Shown: in pieces, positions 12,768 through 25,088 of the stretch
How positions within the stretch are numbered: the first letter of the stretch is position 1
How the letters are laid out: each line of letters opens with the position of its first letter
From: Podarcis erhardii
Taxonomy: Eukaryota
Strand: one strand, 5' to 3'
DNA: 64,000 nt
NCBI GenBank assembly: GCA_964252035.1
Contig: OZ176200.1
The notes under the pieces: model-generated
What the model was told of the DNA's origin: nothing
Databases searched by the model: none
The model's input: the letters and a program-made list of their open reading frames with translations, nothing else
Translations under genes and position numbers: made by a program

Positions 12768-15700
12768 GCAACTATGAAACATTAACAGCTGGTATTAAAA
12801 GGCTATTTAAACAGAAACAAGGCAATTTATGTCTTTATAAAGCTGATGTGTAATGTCTGAAGAGATGTTTTCTGAATTAGGCCCTTACATCATAACACAT
12901 AAATCAATTAAACTGGATTGCTTGGACCTAAACCAATTTAGTTCCATTGACTCTAATGGTAGTTAATGGGCTGATATCCAGGTATATTTCACAAGCTCTA
13001 AACTCTAGCATGAAGATCGTAATTCATGCTCTGAATGTGGAACAATGCGAGATGCACAAGTGACAGTGATGAACAGAAACTTTGTTTATTTGAATGTATA
13101 AACAGTGTCCAATACACAGTGCCATCTTTGGAATGCATCTTGCAAAATGTATAAAGACGTCAGGATAAATCATGACATTCTAAATTAAGCATGTTTCTTC
13201 TGCTGCACTTTCTGTTAAGGGTGTGGCATTTAAACATCACCAAAAATAGGATAGATTTCCATTAACGTTTCCACATACCGATTTATAGTTAAAGATGCAA
13301 ATTTAGAAGCAATTACTTCAGATTAAATAGAAATATAGTACAGAGGAGATAACTTGTTATTTTTGTGATCTGCAAAGATACTGTACAGCTGATTAGATGT
13401 ACTTCATCCCTCTATGCTTATCACATCATGACCTGAGCCATCTGATGTTCAGTTGCAAATATTTTTTGTCCTCTGTTCACACATTCAGCACCATGTGATT
13501 GCTGTACACTTAATCAAATGATGAATATGTGCGTGTGAACCAGGACTGACACTGGAAGAAGTGGGGTTTGGATATGTGGTGAACTCAGGGTGGTGGTGTG
13601 AGCGGTGGAATGGTTTTCCTGTGGCCAGGATAATTCACAGCAGTCGATTGAGTAGCCACAAATTAGTCAAGCATAGTAGACACCTCAGACTTTTTCAGCT
13701 CTTGGGTGTGGCTGATAAAAGGCCTTTGGAATGCAGATGTCATCAACAAACAAAAAACCCTTCTTTCTTCTACAGTGGCAATCACCATTCATCAAAGTAC
13801 TGGTTCCAAGATGCTATATATAGTTGTGGTAACATTCTGGAACTGCTTATGTATTTTAAATGAGAACATATCAAGCTGAATAATAACAGCATGTATAGGG
13901 CAGACTCTGAGATACAGATACTTGTATCAGAAATTTGAAAATGAAACCTTCCATCTCAAATATGCACCCTACAATATAAAACATGATGCGAAATGACAGA
14001 TACAATGTGAGGACAGTTTTGAACCCTAATTCTAAATGGCATAAAAATGCCCTCTTGGCTCATAAATCAATCCCGTCATCAGTTATGTCAAAAGTGAAGA
14101 TCAAAGAGGTAGATGATGGAGTGTTGTATTGTACTACTGTCGGCCTTGTAGACACTGTTACAGCATCATCAGGGTCACTTTCTGTCATGATTACTCAAAT
14201 CTGATCCACTCATCTGATTCCACTTAATGGAAAACCGTCCTCCCAAGTTCATAAAGTTGTCATACATTAACTATTGATTTGACTTGTGACTACCAATATG
14301 ATACGTGAGCTCTGATGAACCTTCTTAGGAATACAATAGCTATGTGATTTCCATACAATTCAGGATAAGTCAGAGTGTCTTCATATAACTTTATTCCATC
14401 TTAAGATTACTTTTTTTTCTTCAGTCAATAAAGTTGTATGGCACAGAGCAGAATCTAATTATATTGCACGCTTATTGATTGTGTGACAAATATGACATAC
14501 AAATTTGGGTTTCATAACTTTAGGTTCATGAAAACAATACTGTATTCAGTCAGAAACATATCACCACATATCTGGATTGCTTATCGTCATTTCACAGAAT
14601 CTTTCTTCTGGTTTTTAAATCCATGCACCATCTCTGTGACATGACAAGAACCTTCCATAAATATGTCATACATCACAAAGGACAGAGGTAGCAAATTTGT
14701 GAGAAAGGGCTTTGGCATTTTGGTTTCGCATATTTTCTTAGTTTGTTTTTAGTTTACAACAAAAAAGAGACAAACTAAAGAAGGGTACCAAGCTAGGTAG
14801 AAGAGCAGGTTCAGTGTTCATAAATAGGTACTGCTAATTCCCCAAGCTTTTGGTTTGAATAGATGTTGCATACAAAATACTTCTGCATTCAGCTAAGCAT
14901 GCAGTTTGTTTGTTTGTTTGTTTGTTATACTTAAATCATACTTTACAGCCCCAAAGGGCTCTCAAACTACATACAAAAAAGTTCAGTAGAGAATTACTGT
15001 ATGCCTTAATAAGCAAGCATCTAATTTCACAGAATATAGTCAGCTCGTATTTTTATAAATTCATTCATTCATTCATTCATTCAGTTTCTATCCTACCCTG
15101 CATCCTGTATGATCTCAGGTCAAATTATTGTTGAAACAACAAAAATCAAAATCACGTATCACAATTAAAAATTCTAGTCTTCGTCTAAGCAGTATAGTGA
15201 GAAGATATTAACATGTGGCTTATCTAAGCTCAGATCCCCACAAAGGCCTGGCCAAAGAGATACTTCTTCACACCACACTGAAAGATATAGAGTGATGGCA
15301 CCAGAGGCATCTCTGAGGGAAGGGAGATCCACAGACACAGTTCCTCCATAGAGAAGGCCCTTGCACGGCAAACAAAGATAAGTTCTTTCCATTGGGGAAT
15401 CATTACTTTTCTAGTATTGTAAAAAAAAGATATGTCTACCAACTCAATGGGATGCAACTACTGTAATCCATTTGGCTTCCCCAGGTCCTATAGTTTTCAC
15501 AAATCACACTAAAATGGTGAAATTCCCCTGTTTGGAGAATATAGTATTTAAATTGCTGACTTTCTTTTAAAGAATGTGTAACTCTTCTTCTGTATTACAT
15601 TCACGAGTTTAGTGTCCAGAAGATTTGATTTGAACCTTTTCAAGCAGCTTCCAAGTATGGCAGCCAGTTTGTTGAATCCTTCGGTTACAAATGAAAAACT

Positions 15701-17284
15701 GGCTTGAATAGCTTCTCAATAGGTGTTTCTCTCTCTCTGCTGCATTTAAACAGTTTGTGGTGTGGTGGTGTCAGAGGCAGTCTACTGTTGATACGAGGTG
15801 AAGCACCTACTTCAGGTGGTGGAGGTGCAAGAAGCAGAGTCCTTCTCACCTTATTGCTTCTAGCACACAGTGTTGCCACTCATCTTCCCCATCCTGCGGT
15901 GGAGAAGACAAGCAGAAATGCCTTGTGGAACGCCTAGACTCTCACTGTGTTCAGCAAGAGGGGGAGCAGTCTGGTGGTGGAGGAAGTGGTGGTGGGTCAC
16001 AGCGCAACGGCATGGCTTGGTGTGGGAGCAGGAAGTGGCAGGAAGGCCTCTCCTGGGTGGTGTGTTTCCTTTCTCATTCTCAACAGGGATTATCTGTGCT
16101 GTTGCCGTGGAGAAACACTCCAACTGGCTAGAAATAAACATCATTTTAAAGACATTATTGCAAGAATTCACTTTTCTCTAACTTGCACTAGAGTTAGTTT
16201 GTACTTCTTAAGAAACTGGTCTGCCTTCAAAAAGGAAATAAGCCTAAAGGCGATTTCACATAGAAAGCAAAATGAATAAATAAAATAAAATAATCGCATG
16301 ACAGTCTTATAAAGGAAACATGTGTTTTAAACAATGGGTTTTAGGTCATAATTATTTTACTATTTAAAGTTCAATGCATTTTATTTTTCTTCTTCGCTCC
16401 TTTGTTCTCCGTTCCTAAGAAGCCAAACAGAACTCTAAACCAGCGTTAAGATTTCCTATCAAAGAGAAAAACAGAAGCTTGTCGTTTCCATTTGCCAGAT
16501 TTAAGTTCAATCAGGAGAGGCCCATTAATTTATGTACTGTAAATGTGCATATGTACTCTTCTTGTTGGCCACAGCAGCTTCTGAATTCAGACAGTTTAAA
16601 CATAGCCTAATTTAGTGCAAACTTCATTCATTCTGATTTGGAGTCTCCCTTTACCTGTCTCATTACACTGAGAACCTTGTTACTCATTTATCTGTCTGGG
16701 TTGTTATAGCAAGCATATGGTAGTTATTTTGAACCTACCTGGTGGCAATGGAGTTGTTAGTTCTTTTTGGGTGCTTTTAATAACTGCATGACAAGGGAGA
16801 AATTCAGCAGGTGCTGCTTTCCCTTTTATGGAGCTGGAATGACAGCAAAGCCTTGTGCAGAGATTTGGTGGTGTTATTGTCTATTTATGGTGAGAAGTTC
16901 ATGATCCATCCTGCCTCTGTACAGTGCTGGGGATCATGAACCAGTAGAGCCCAGGCACCTTACTCCTTGTACCACTGGAGTAGTTCTCATGTGGAGGGGG
17001 CTATCAGTCCTCCTGCAGCACCGCTGCTGGCCAGAGCAGGCACTGTTGCTCTTCAGCCCAGCTGAACCAGGTGGCTTCAGGAACCAATAGAAATACAACA
17101 GTTGCTCCAGGTTTTTCATTCTGAGCAATTTGCCTCTGAGAAGTTGAAGAGAATCCTCTTGTGTCACCTCATTGTCTGCATGCCTATTCTAGAACCTGGA
17201 CATCACCCATCTTCAGCCACATCATCTGCCTCTGGCTCTTGCATTGGTGTCCACCCATTCTGGGATCAGACCTATGTCCTCTTT

Positions 17285-17530
17285 CTGTATCAGACCAAAG
17301 GCCCATCCTGTTCTCACAGTAGCCCACCAAATGAGCACGAGAGCTCTGCAAACATAATTTGAGCAAAACAGCGCTCTGAGAAACCCAACAACTAGTATTT
17401 AGAGGCATGCTGTCACTGACAGCAGAGGGAGAACATAGCCCTTGTGGGTAATAGACACTGACAGCTTTAACCTCCACGAATTTGCCTAATCCTATTTTAA
17501 AGCCATCCAAGTTGGTGACCATTACCCTTG
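17285..17530 (-). mobile_element. CR1 LINE 3' end
   Basis: Minus-strand peptide VTNLDGFKIGLGKFVEVKAVSVY resembles the CR1 ORF2 C-terminus, followed by a CR1-type 3' UTR. Confidence 0.7.
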
Positions 17531-18308
17531 TCAAGACCTGAAAGATGTCATGTGTATCATAGAATGTTTTATTAATAATAATTAATTACCCACCCTTTAC
17601 CGTAATGTCTCAGGGTGGGTTTTAACAATTAAAACACATATCAAGAACAGTTTAAAGCAACTGTTAACCACAAAAATAAGGTGGGTCCTGAAATATATAC
17701 ATCTCAAGTGACAAAAGCCAGGTAAAGAGGTGTGTTTTAACAGGCCAGTGTAGGCACATTCAATTCCCGTGATCTGTAGTGTACAGACATTACATGCACA
17801 CATAGTACTGTATACATTCTACTGTATCTGTTGACACCTGGGCATGTGCAGAGAGTGGGCACGGCTGGTAGAATCACAATTTTCCATCCAAGCCCACAGA
17901 AAGATGGTATTGAATGTCTGCCCAGGGCTATTCTATGTACTGTACTCAGTAAACATATTTAAAAATAACAACAAATTCTCACTCTCCTTGTCAGCTGTGT
18001 CTGTTCCAGCAAACTCTGACCTGCCTCTGATGGCTTACCTGGTTTTATATAACAGAAAATCCAAGAGTCACAGCTGTCTATTGTGCTGACTTCACTGCCC
18101 TGTGCAGCTGATGAGATTCACAGACACCAGTGCACTTGAAAGCATACAATTCTATCAGTCCTTCCTATTTGGCCATTCACTTCAAAAAGAGGGGGCAAAG
18201 GGTGTGTGTGACAAGATTATAAGATAAGTAGCAAATGATAATGTGTCTGCAGTTTTCGCTGCTTTTGCTATCACATTTTTGTCCCTGGTTTGGTTTGCAA
18301 GCAAAGAA

Positions 18309-18346
18309 GTATCTGAAGAAGTGTGCATGCACACGAAAGCTCATAC
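18309..18346 (+). ncRNA. Minimal type I hammerhead ribozyme motif (PLE-associated)
   Basis: Stem I GTAT (18309-12), core CTGAAGA (18313-19), extra A, stem II GTGTG-CATG-CACAC (18321-34), GAAA (18335-38), palindromic AGCT helix III, cleavage C at 18342, stem I partner ATAC (18343-46). Confidence 0.8.
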
Positions 18347-18439
18347 CTAGAACTAACTCAGTTGGCCTTTAAGGTGCTACTGGAAGGAATTTTTTTATTT
18401 TGTTTTGACCATGACAGACCAACACGGCTACCTATCTGT
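18311..18439 (+). mobile_element. Penelope-like element terminal-repeat fragment (~129 bp) with 12-bp TSD
   Basis: Direct repeat AAGCAAAGAAGT at 18299-18310 and 18440-18451. The sequence matches the copies at 22293-22418 and 51380-51493. The PLE assignment rests on the hammerhead and recalled similarity to reptile Penelope termini. Confidence 0.75.
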
Positions 18440-19100
18440 AAGCAAAGAAGTGTTATAAGCATCTTTAATAATCTGCATCACATTTGGGGATATGAAAAAC
18501 AGATGGTAGGCGTTCCACAGAAAACTGTGTGAGAATCCAGACTGGGAGATCTGGATTTTGATGACATTTATTTTCGCAAACCAGATTTCATGTGAAATGG
18601 GAAAGTTAACTAGGTTCTGGAAAGTCTCTCTAATCTGCTGGAAGGGAGGGAGAAAGAGAACTGAGTAAGACCCCAGAAGACTTGCGTATGGGATCTCTCG
18701 AAGCAACAGTTGAGTGAAAAAGCACACTTTGCAGATTATGGTCCATTACTAGGGATGCAGCAGCCTACATCACAAAGGTAAGAAGATGGGACAAGGCAGG
18801 ACACAAGAGCAACTGGTAAACATGTGGGAAAGCAGCTCTGGCAGTGAAGACAGAGCAGAGGCCAGAAGATGAGGTGGCACTGTTGGCTCCATCACTTAGA
18901 AAAAGAAGAGTTTTTTCAGCTTTGATATGTATTTTGAGGTTTTTTAAAAGGTTTTTAAGTACAACCTTGTCAAAATACTTATTTATTTTGTGTGTGAATT
19001 TATTATTATGAATGAGTAATGGACTATATTGCCTTCTTCCCAGCTCCTCCTTTGCAACTTTACACAAAAGACATCCTTGTAGATCAGCCCACAAGAGATA

Positions 19101-19318
19101 CAGTGGTATCTCGGGTTACAGACGCTTCAGGTTACAGACTCCGCTAACCCAGAAATAGTACCTTGAGTTAAGAACTTTGCTTCAGGATGAGAACAGAAAT
19201 CGTGTAGCAGCGGCAGCGGGAAGCCCCATTAGCTAAAGTGGTACCTCAGGTTAAGAACAGTTTCAGGTTAAAAACAGACCTCCAGAACAAATTAAGTTCT
19301 TAGCCCAAGGTACCACTG
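19101..19318. mobile_element. Tc1/mariner-pogo MITE, family A
   Basis: TA|CAGTGGTATCTCGGGTTA...CCCAAGGTACCACTG|TA. Same orientation as, and colinear with, 7071-7312. Confidence 0.85.
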
Positions 19319-19928
19319 TACTAGTGTGCAATACCCAACACCACTTCAGATCCTGCTAGGGACTGGCAAAAGAGGAACTTTGCTTTCCATCTGTCTTGCT
19401 CCTCATTCCTTGCTGCACTTCCATTCTGGACACAGAAGAGGGCATTTTTCTGCTTTAGCAATTTGTTTCTTTGCTGGAAGCAGAGGAGGGATAGAGTGCT
19501 ACATACCTCCTCTGCTATTCAATCTATTTCTCTGCTTTGAGTTCATTCTTGTCTATGGCTTCCAGGCTATTGTTTTAAATGCAAGGCTATGCTAAAATGA
19601 GATTACTAGTTGTAGCAGGAAAGACAAGTAAAGAGAATTTGTTTTTTTCTTTACTGAGATCTAACCTAAATTTTATTTTGTGTATCATATTGGTAATGTT
19701 AATTCTAGGTATGAGGGATCCACAAATACAGTTGCCTGTTTACCAGTGACCACCATCAAATAATTTATGGCAAGCCTTTATTGTACTCCATCTTAAGAGC
19801 AATAACATTTCTTTTAAAAAAAGAGATTGACAACCCGGAGAATCACAGCATGTTTCTTTCGAAATAGTGGTTGGCTCTGTCATGCTGGATGTAGCATCAG
19901 TGTCAGCAATTGGAGAGAATTGCTGCTT

Positions 19929-19931
<3 letters not shown>

Positions 19932-19967
<36 letters not shown>
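19932..19967. repeat. (CA)n microsatellite
   Basis: Direct inspection. Confidence 0.95.
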
Positions 19968-19970
<3 letters not shown>

Positions 19971-22196
19971 CCTTGAGCTTCCAGATGAGGTCAAACAAGG
20001 CACACATTCCTTGTAAGATTCCATCTTTGAGTATTACTTATCTTCCTAAGATTTCTTTAACACCTAGAAGTATAGGACAGAAGCCCTTTTCTGCAGTCCT
20101 TTTTTGACAATAGCTGTGCAAACCTCAAGCTCACCTGACCAAGTATCGGATAGCGATAATAATAGGCAGAAGCTCTTTATATGCATTTTGTGATCATAAT
20201 TCAATCCTAAGAACCTCAAGCCTAAGACACTCCAAAGTGTAAGAAGCTTCTGCTACAAATTCATATTATAACTCATACAGTAAGTGATATGATATGTGAT
20301 GTTGTGGAAAGTCTCATTTGCAGCAAGCACCAGGGTTCTTTGTTCGTTGAATGGAGAAGGTGATCCTTTTGCAGTTTGAGTCGTCTTGCCTTGAAAAAGG
20401 AATGTGAGACATCACATGTAAAAATAAAATTGTTCTCACATTGTGAATAACGGCAGCAGAATGTATTGGACATTTGATTAGATTGTATTCCTGCTATGTT
20501 CTGCAGAAGTCTAGCTCACTGATTAAATAGCAACGGTGCCAATATTAGAACTAATATTGTATTTGGTTGAGAATGCAGGACAGAATGAATTAGGTTGTGT
20601 ATATCCAACCATAAGTTAATGAAAAATTGAGAATGAGCGAGTGAGTGCTATATTTTACCAAGTGAAAGACAGTCATGAATGAAAGGCAACAGCTAATCAT
20701 TGGACAAAGTTATATTTTCAGCTATTCTCCTTTGAGAGCTATCTTTCTGAATGGAGATGCAACACTCAGCTTTGTTCTCCTATTAATCCTTGTCTGTATT
20801 TTCCAAGTAGACCATACGAGCAGCCTTGTACCCAGGGTTGCTTGGGAATTATAAGAAACTAAAAAATGAATGCAGTTTTGAAATTGGTTAAAATCAGTGC
20901 AATTTTGAAAAGTTCAGTCTGCCATCTTGATTCAAAATGCCATCAAATTAGATCCAAACCTGTGCATCAATCGTACAAAATTTGGTTAAAATCTGTGCAG
21001 TTTTGAAAGGCTCCAGCTGCCATCTAATTTTCTTGAAACATAGATGAAAACATGCTCCTTGATCTCAGGCAAATGTAGTTATAATATCTTCAGATGTGTC
21101 CAAATGTATAGTTGCCAGACAAATAACCCTCCAAAATATATAGTAGATTAATTCATTTATTCATTTACCATGTGTCTGTTCAAGACCCAAAGCAATTAGG
21201 TCATGATGCCAACTGGAAATGATGCAAGCTGATGTAATTAGAGTTGAGCTAAATTGTTATGAATTTGAGCGGTGTGGTCGTCAATCTATCCTACAGGCCA
21301 CACAGCTTAGGGAAGCTCCCAAATTTTGGAGCAAAATAGCTGTGTAATCCTGTTTTTGGCAATAGGTGTCCAATCCTTGAACTTGTCTGACCAAGTCTGG
21401 GGTAACCAGACAGCTAAAATATAGATAGGGATTTTTTATATACCTTTTGTAAAACGTCCTCACTTTTACCAACTGCATGGCCTGTGAGGAGGTCTTGCAG
21501 AGAGAGATGAACTGACTCTGCCCAAGCTTGAGATCATTGCTGGGGTTGGAACAGCTGTCCTTGCTTCCAAGGCTTAGAAGACTTCCTGGCCTCTGGCTTG
21601 TGGGCTAGCTTGGGAAATGCATGAAGTATCTTGGAGACTTAAAAATCATTTGGGTGGGTGGGTAATTACATAGTTCAGCATAAGCTGCAATCATTTTCCA
21701 GGTTACATCTCTTTTGTATGTGGAAAACCAAGGGAACTTCTTCCCTCACTCAATGTGATATACTTTCCCTCCCCTCACAGAGGTTAAGGTAATGGCCACA
21801 GGCCAAGAACACACTTGGGGTTCTTACCCAGTAAACAAGCCAAAGGCTTGTGCCTTTTCCAGGCGCTTGGCTTTTAAAGTACCTGGAGGTGGGAGGCAAA
21901 ATAACTATCAAATATAATATAAAATAAGTATAAAACAAATAATTCCATAGGCAACTACTTCCTTCCCTAACTAACAATGAAGAAGTGTGTTTTGAATCCC
22001 CCCCCCAAATCTTGTAAACTGTATTGAATTTTTTACAGAGGTAGAAAGAGGAGTAGAACCAGTGCTTTTTTCCTGGGGGACACAGGGGGACGCAGGTGTA
22101 CACATACCCCTAAACATTTTGTGAATCTTTGTCCATTTACTGTATTTACTGTATTTACTGTATTTATTTTCCCCAATACGAACTATAAAATGGTGA

Positions 22197-22418
22197 AAAC
22201 AAAATAAAAAAATTCCTTCCAGTAGCACCTTAAAGACCAACTAAGTTAGTTCTTGGTATGAGCTTTCGTGTGCATGCACACTTCTTCAGATATGAAGAAG
22301 TGTGCATGCACACGAAAGCTCATACCAAGAACTAACTTAGTTGGTCTTTAAGGTGCTACTGGAAGGAATTTTTTTATTTTGTTTTGACTATGGCAGACCA
22401 ACACGGCTACCTATCTGT
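22197..22418. mobile_element. Penelope-like insertion with inverted 5' part: perfect 93-bp inverted repeat, 16-bp TSD
   Basis: Arms 22196-22288 and 22293-22385 are exact reverse complements (checked base by base) around a GATA loop. AACTATAAAATGGTGA occurs at 22181-22196 and 22419-22434. Confidence 0.85.
22257..22292 (-). ncRNA. Minimal hammerhead motif on the minus strand (left arm of palindrome)
   Basis: Minus strand reads TAT-CTGAAGA-A-GTGTGCATGCACAC-GAAA-GCT-C-ATA, with an intact core and a 3-bp stem I. The plus-strand mirror copy reads ATGAAGA, lacking core C3. Confidence 0.65.
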
Positions 22419-22519
22419 AACTATAAAATGGTGATTTTCTTGAGTCAAAATGAGAGCACCCCCTAAACATTTTTTAAAGAAAAAAAGCACTAAGTAGAAC
22501 TATGATGCACAAACCATAG

Positions 22520-22682
22520 GTCAGTGGTGGAGTCTATGCTTTTCATGCAGAAGGCTCAGCCCTGGGGGAGACTTGTGCCTGAAATCTGAGAGAGCCACTA
22601 CCAGTCACTAGTGGACCAGTCACTACCAGACATTTCCAAGTCTGGTAAGCCCATGGTCTGGCTTGCTATCAGGCAGCTTCCC
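22520..22682 (+). mobile_element. Diverged tRNA-derived SINE (second family; an antisense copy lies at ~46612-46765)
   Basis: CAGTGGTGGAG..CTTTTCATGCAGAAGG..GCCTGAAA..GAGAGCC..CCAGTCA..GGCAGCTTCC. The minus-strand copy has GTCCCAGGTTCAATTCC..GAAACCCTGGAGAGCAGCTG. Confidence 0.55.
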
Positions 22683-25088
22683 AAGGTATTGGCAATTGTA
22701 AAAACGATTTGCTAGGGATGAATCCCTGTCCTCTAGCACACTTTGTTACTGTACTCTGAAACTGTCAAAGGCAATTAGATTCAAAGCCATTTTATGTTTC
22801 AGCAGAGCTGATCTATATGAGAAGTATGACAAATTTCATACTTGAAATTCCTTGTATTCTACAAGAAAGCTTTGTTGCTTTAAGGCCCTGGCAGCATGGT
22901 ACGTGCATCAGAAAGGTCAGGATGATATGTTTCTGTCAAGAAATGCATTCAATTTGGGTAGCGGGGGGAGGAATTGATAAAAGTACGCACAACGCAGAGG
23001 TGACTTTGAGCATCTACCAAATCCAGCCATGATCCTGGGTGAAAAGCTCCCATTTATGTCAGATTTGTACTTTAACAATCTTGACAAGATAAGGCCTAAG
23101 GACAAAAGTCAATGGCTTGCTCTTTAAGCGCCTGATGAATAAGACCAGTTCTCAGACAAAAGCTGCTAGAGCGCCACATCACCGACTGAGCAATGAGCCT
23201 CTCAATGGTGTGTGAAGAGAGATCCCATCCCAACTTTTCTTTACGACTCTGTGAAAGGTCTTAGGTCATTTGTACTATGATCACTTTATTAACACAAGAG
23301 AAATACCTGCACCAGATCCAATCTCCCAGCACTTTACCTATGCTTAAGTTCTGTTACTGTGCCTACCAGAGCCACACAAGGCTGAAGACTAAGGGTGGAT
23401 TTAAGGTGGGTGAGTCTGCCTTTGTCCATGTGTGATTATGCCACAGGAGCATATTTGTCTATATACACACTCAAGTGCCTGTTATTATAAATTGAATTGG
23501 CCTACATGTACTATGTATGAGTGCCAGAGACACAAACCTGTTTATTATGGTGCGTTCAACAGACATAAACATTGAACAAGAATCTTCTTAAAATGATTAA
23601 TTGCCTCTTAAAATACTGCATGGTACAAAATTTAACTTTAGACAAATGTAAGTGTGGGTCTTTGGGCCTTGGTGAGGGTCACTTACATAGAGAATGAGGT
23701 GCGTGTGTGAAATAAAACCAGCTGTGCCCAGAACCCAGATTTATTCTCTCGTCACCTGAATATAGGGAAAGTTTGGTTTAAATATTTAAGACAAATTGAT
23801 AGTGGAGAAGCATTTACGGTACAAGTGATGAAATATAAACAAAACTGTCCTTGAATAGAGGCTGAACAAATAACGATTCTGTTGGAGGTATTGATCTTTA
23901 AGTCCTTGAGGTAGTGGGCTATGTTTTCCAGTAATGCTTTCCCATTATGCATTTGACTTGGCATAGAAATGCTGCGTACGTAGCTAAATGCTTAAACATT
24001 ACACTAAATGGAGGGTCCTGAGCTTCCATAGTGGTGAACAAAGACAGACACAATGAATGGAAGGTGGAGTTTTATATGGATATTTTGATACAAAGACGCT
24101 TAAAAACACACACACATGCCACAATTTTGTGAAAGAGAAAATACATTGCGTTCGAAATAACAGGTGGACAGTGAGGGTTTGCAAATCCACAGGAAGTCTT
24201 CACAAACACAGGACACTTCCTGCTTCAGATAGCTAGCCTACACTCACCCCACTAGTGCACTCTCGTGCACACACACACCCGCACCCACAACTGCTCTCCT
24301 CTCATATGTTTTCTTAATACTTCATAGTAATTTTTCAAGATGGCTTTAAATGAATGGGGAAATGGTCTGAAGCTGCTGTCAGTTGGGGTCATCAACTAAA
24401 TTATTATCTCCTGAATGCTAGGTACTGGGTGAGGTATATGCGCGAATAGGTATCAGGGCTACTCACCCACTGTGCAAAATCTTTCCACGCCTTTCATAAC
24501 TCGTGAAAACTTGCCCAAAGGGAGCCTGTTGTGCAGCAGAAGAAAATGTTTGCCAACTATGCCTCTCGCTTTGGCTCATCCCTACAAAGTGTGTGCTTTG
24601 TTTAACTGAGAGAGAGAGAAAGCCACAACCCTAAACCTGCAGCAGAATCTTTTCAGCACAGAGATGGAACGTGTGGTCAGAGCAGAGAGAAGGCACATGT
24701 GAAGGGGGCATAAATAATTCATTTCCTCCCTTTGTTTCCATTCATTCCATTGTTTATTTTGAAAACGTGACAGGACAGTTCCCCCACCCCTGTCTTAAAA
24801 AGAAATGGTGATGATATACCTGTACCTTAACTGCCGGCTCTTTTTCTCAATCATGTTAATATTCATTTGCAAAAGTAAATTGGTTCACGTAGTCATTTAC
24901 TTGGAATTTATGTACTAATATTTAGACTCCAGAGTGTTTTAATTAATGCAATGTGATAAGGGGAGACTTTTGTGCTAAGAATGTTTTGGGGAATGATGCA
25001 GATGAAAAATGCCTTTCTTTCAGATCTCTTCTACTTCAGCACCTGTCCTACTGATGGGGCTCAGCAGCATTAGAACTATTTCATTTGC

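Noticed and set aside
18311-22418. Retrozyme tandem array
   Set aside because: Metazoan retrozymes are head-to-tail repeats. These copies are dispersed singletons or one inverted pair with individual TSDs.
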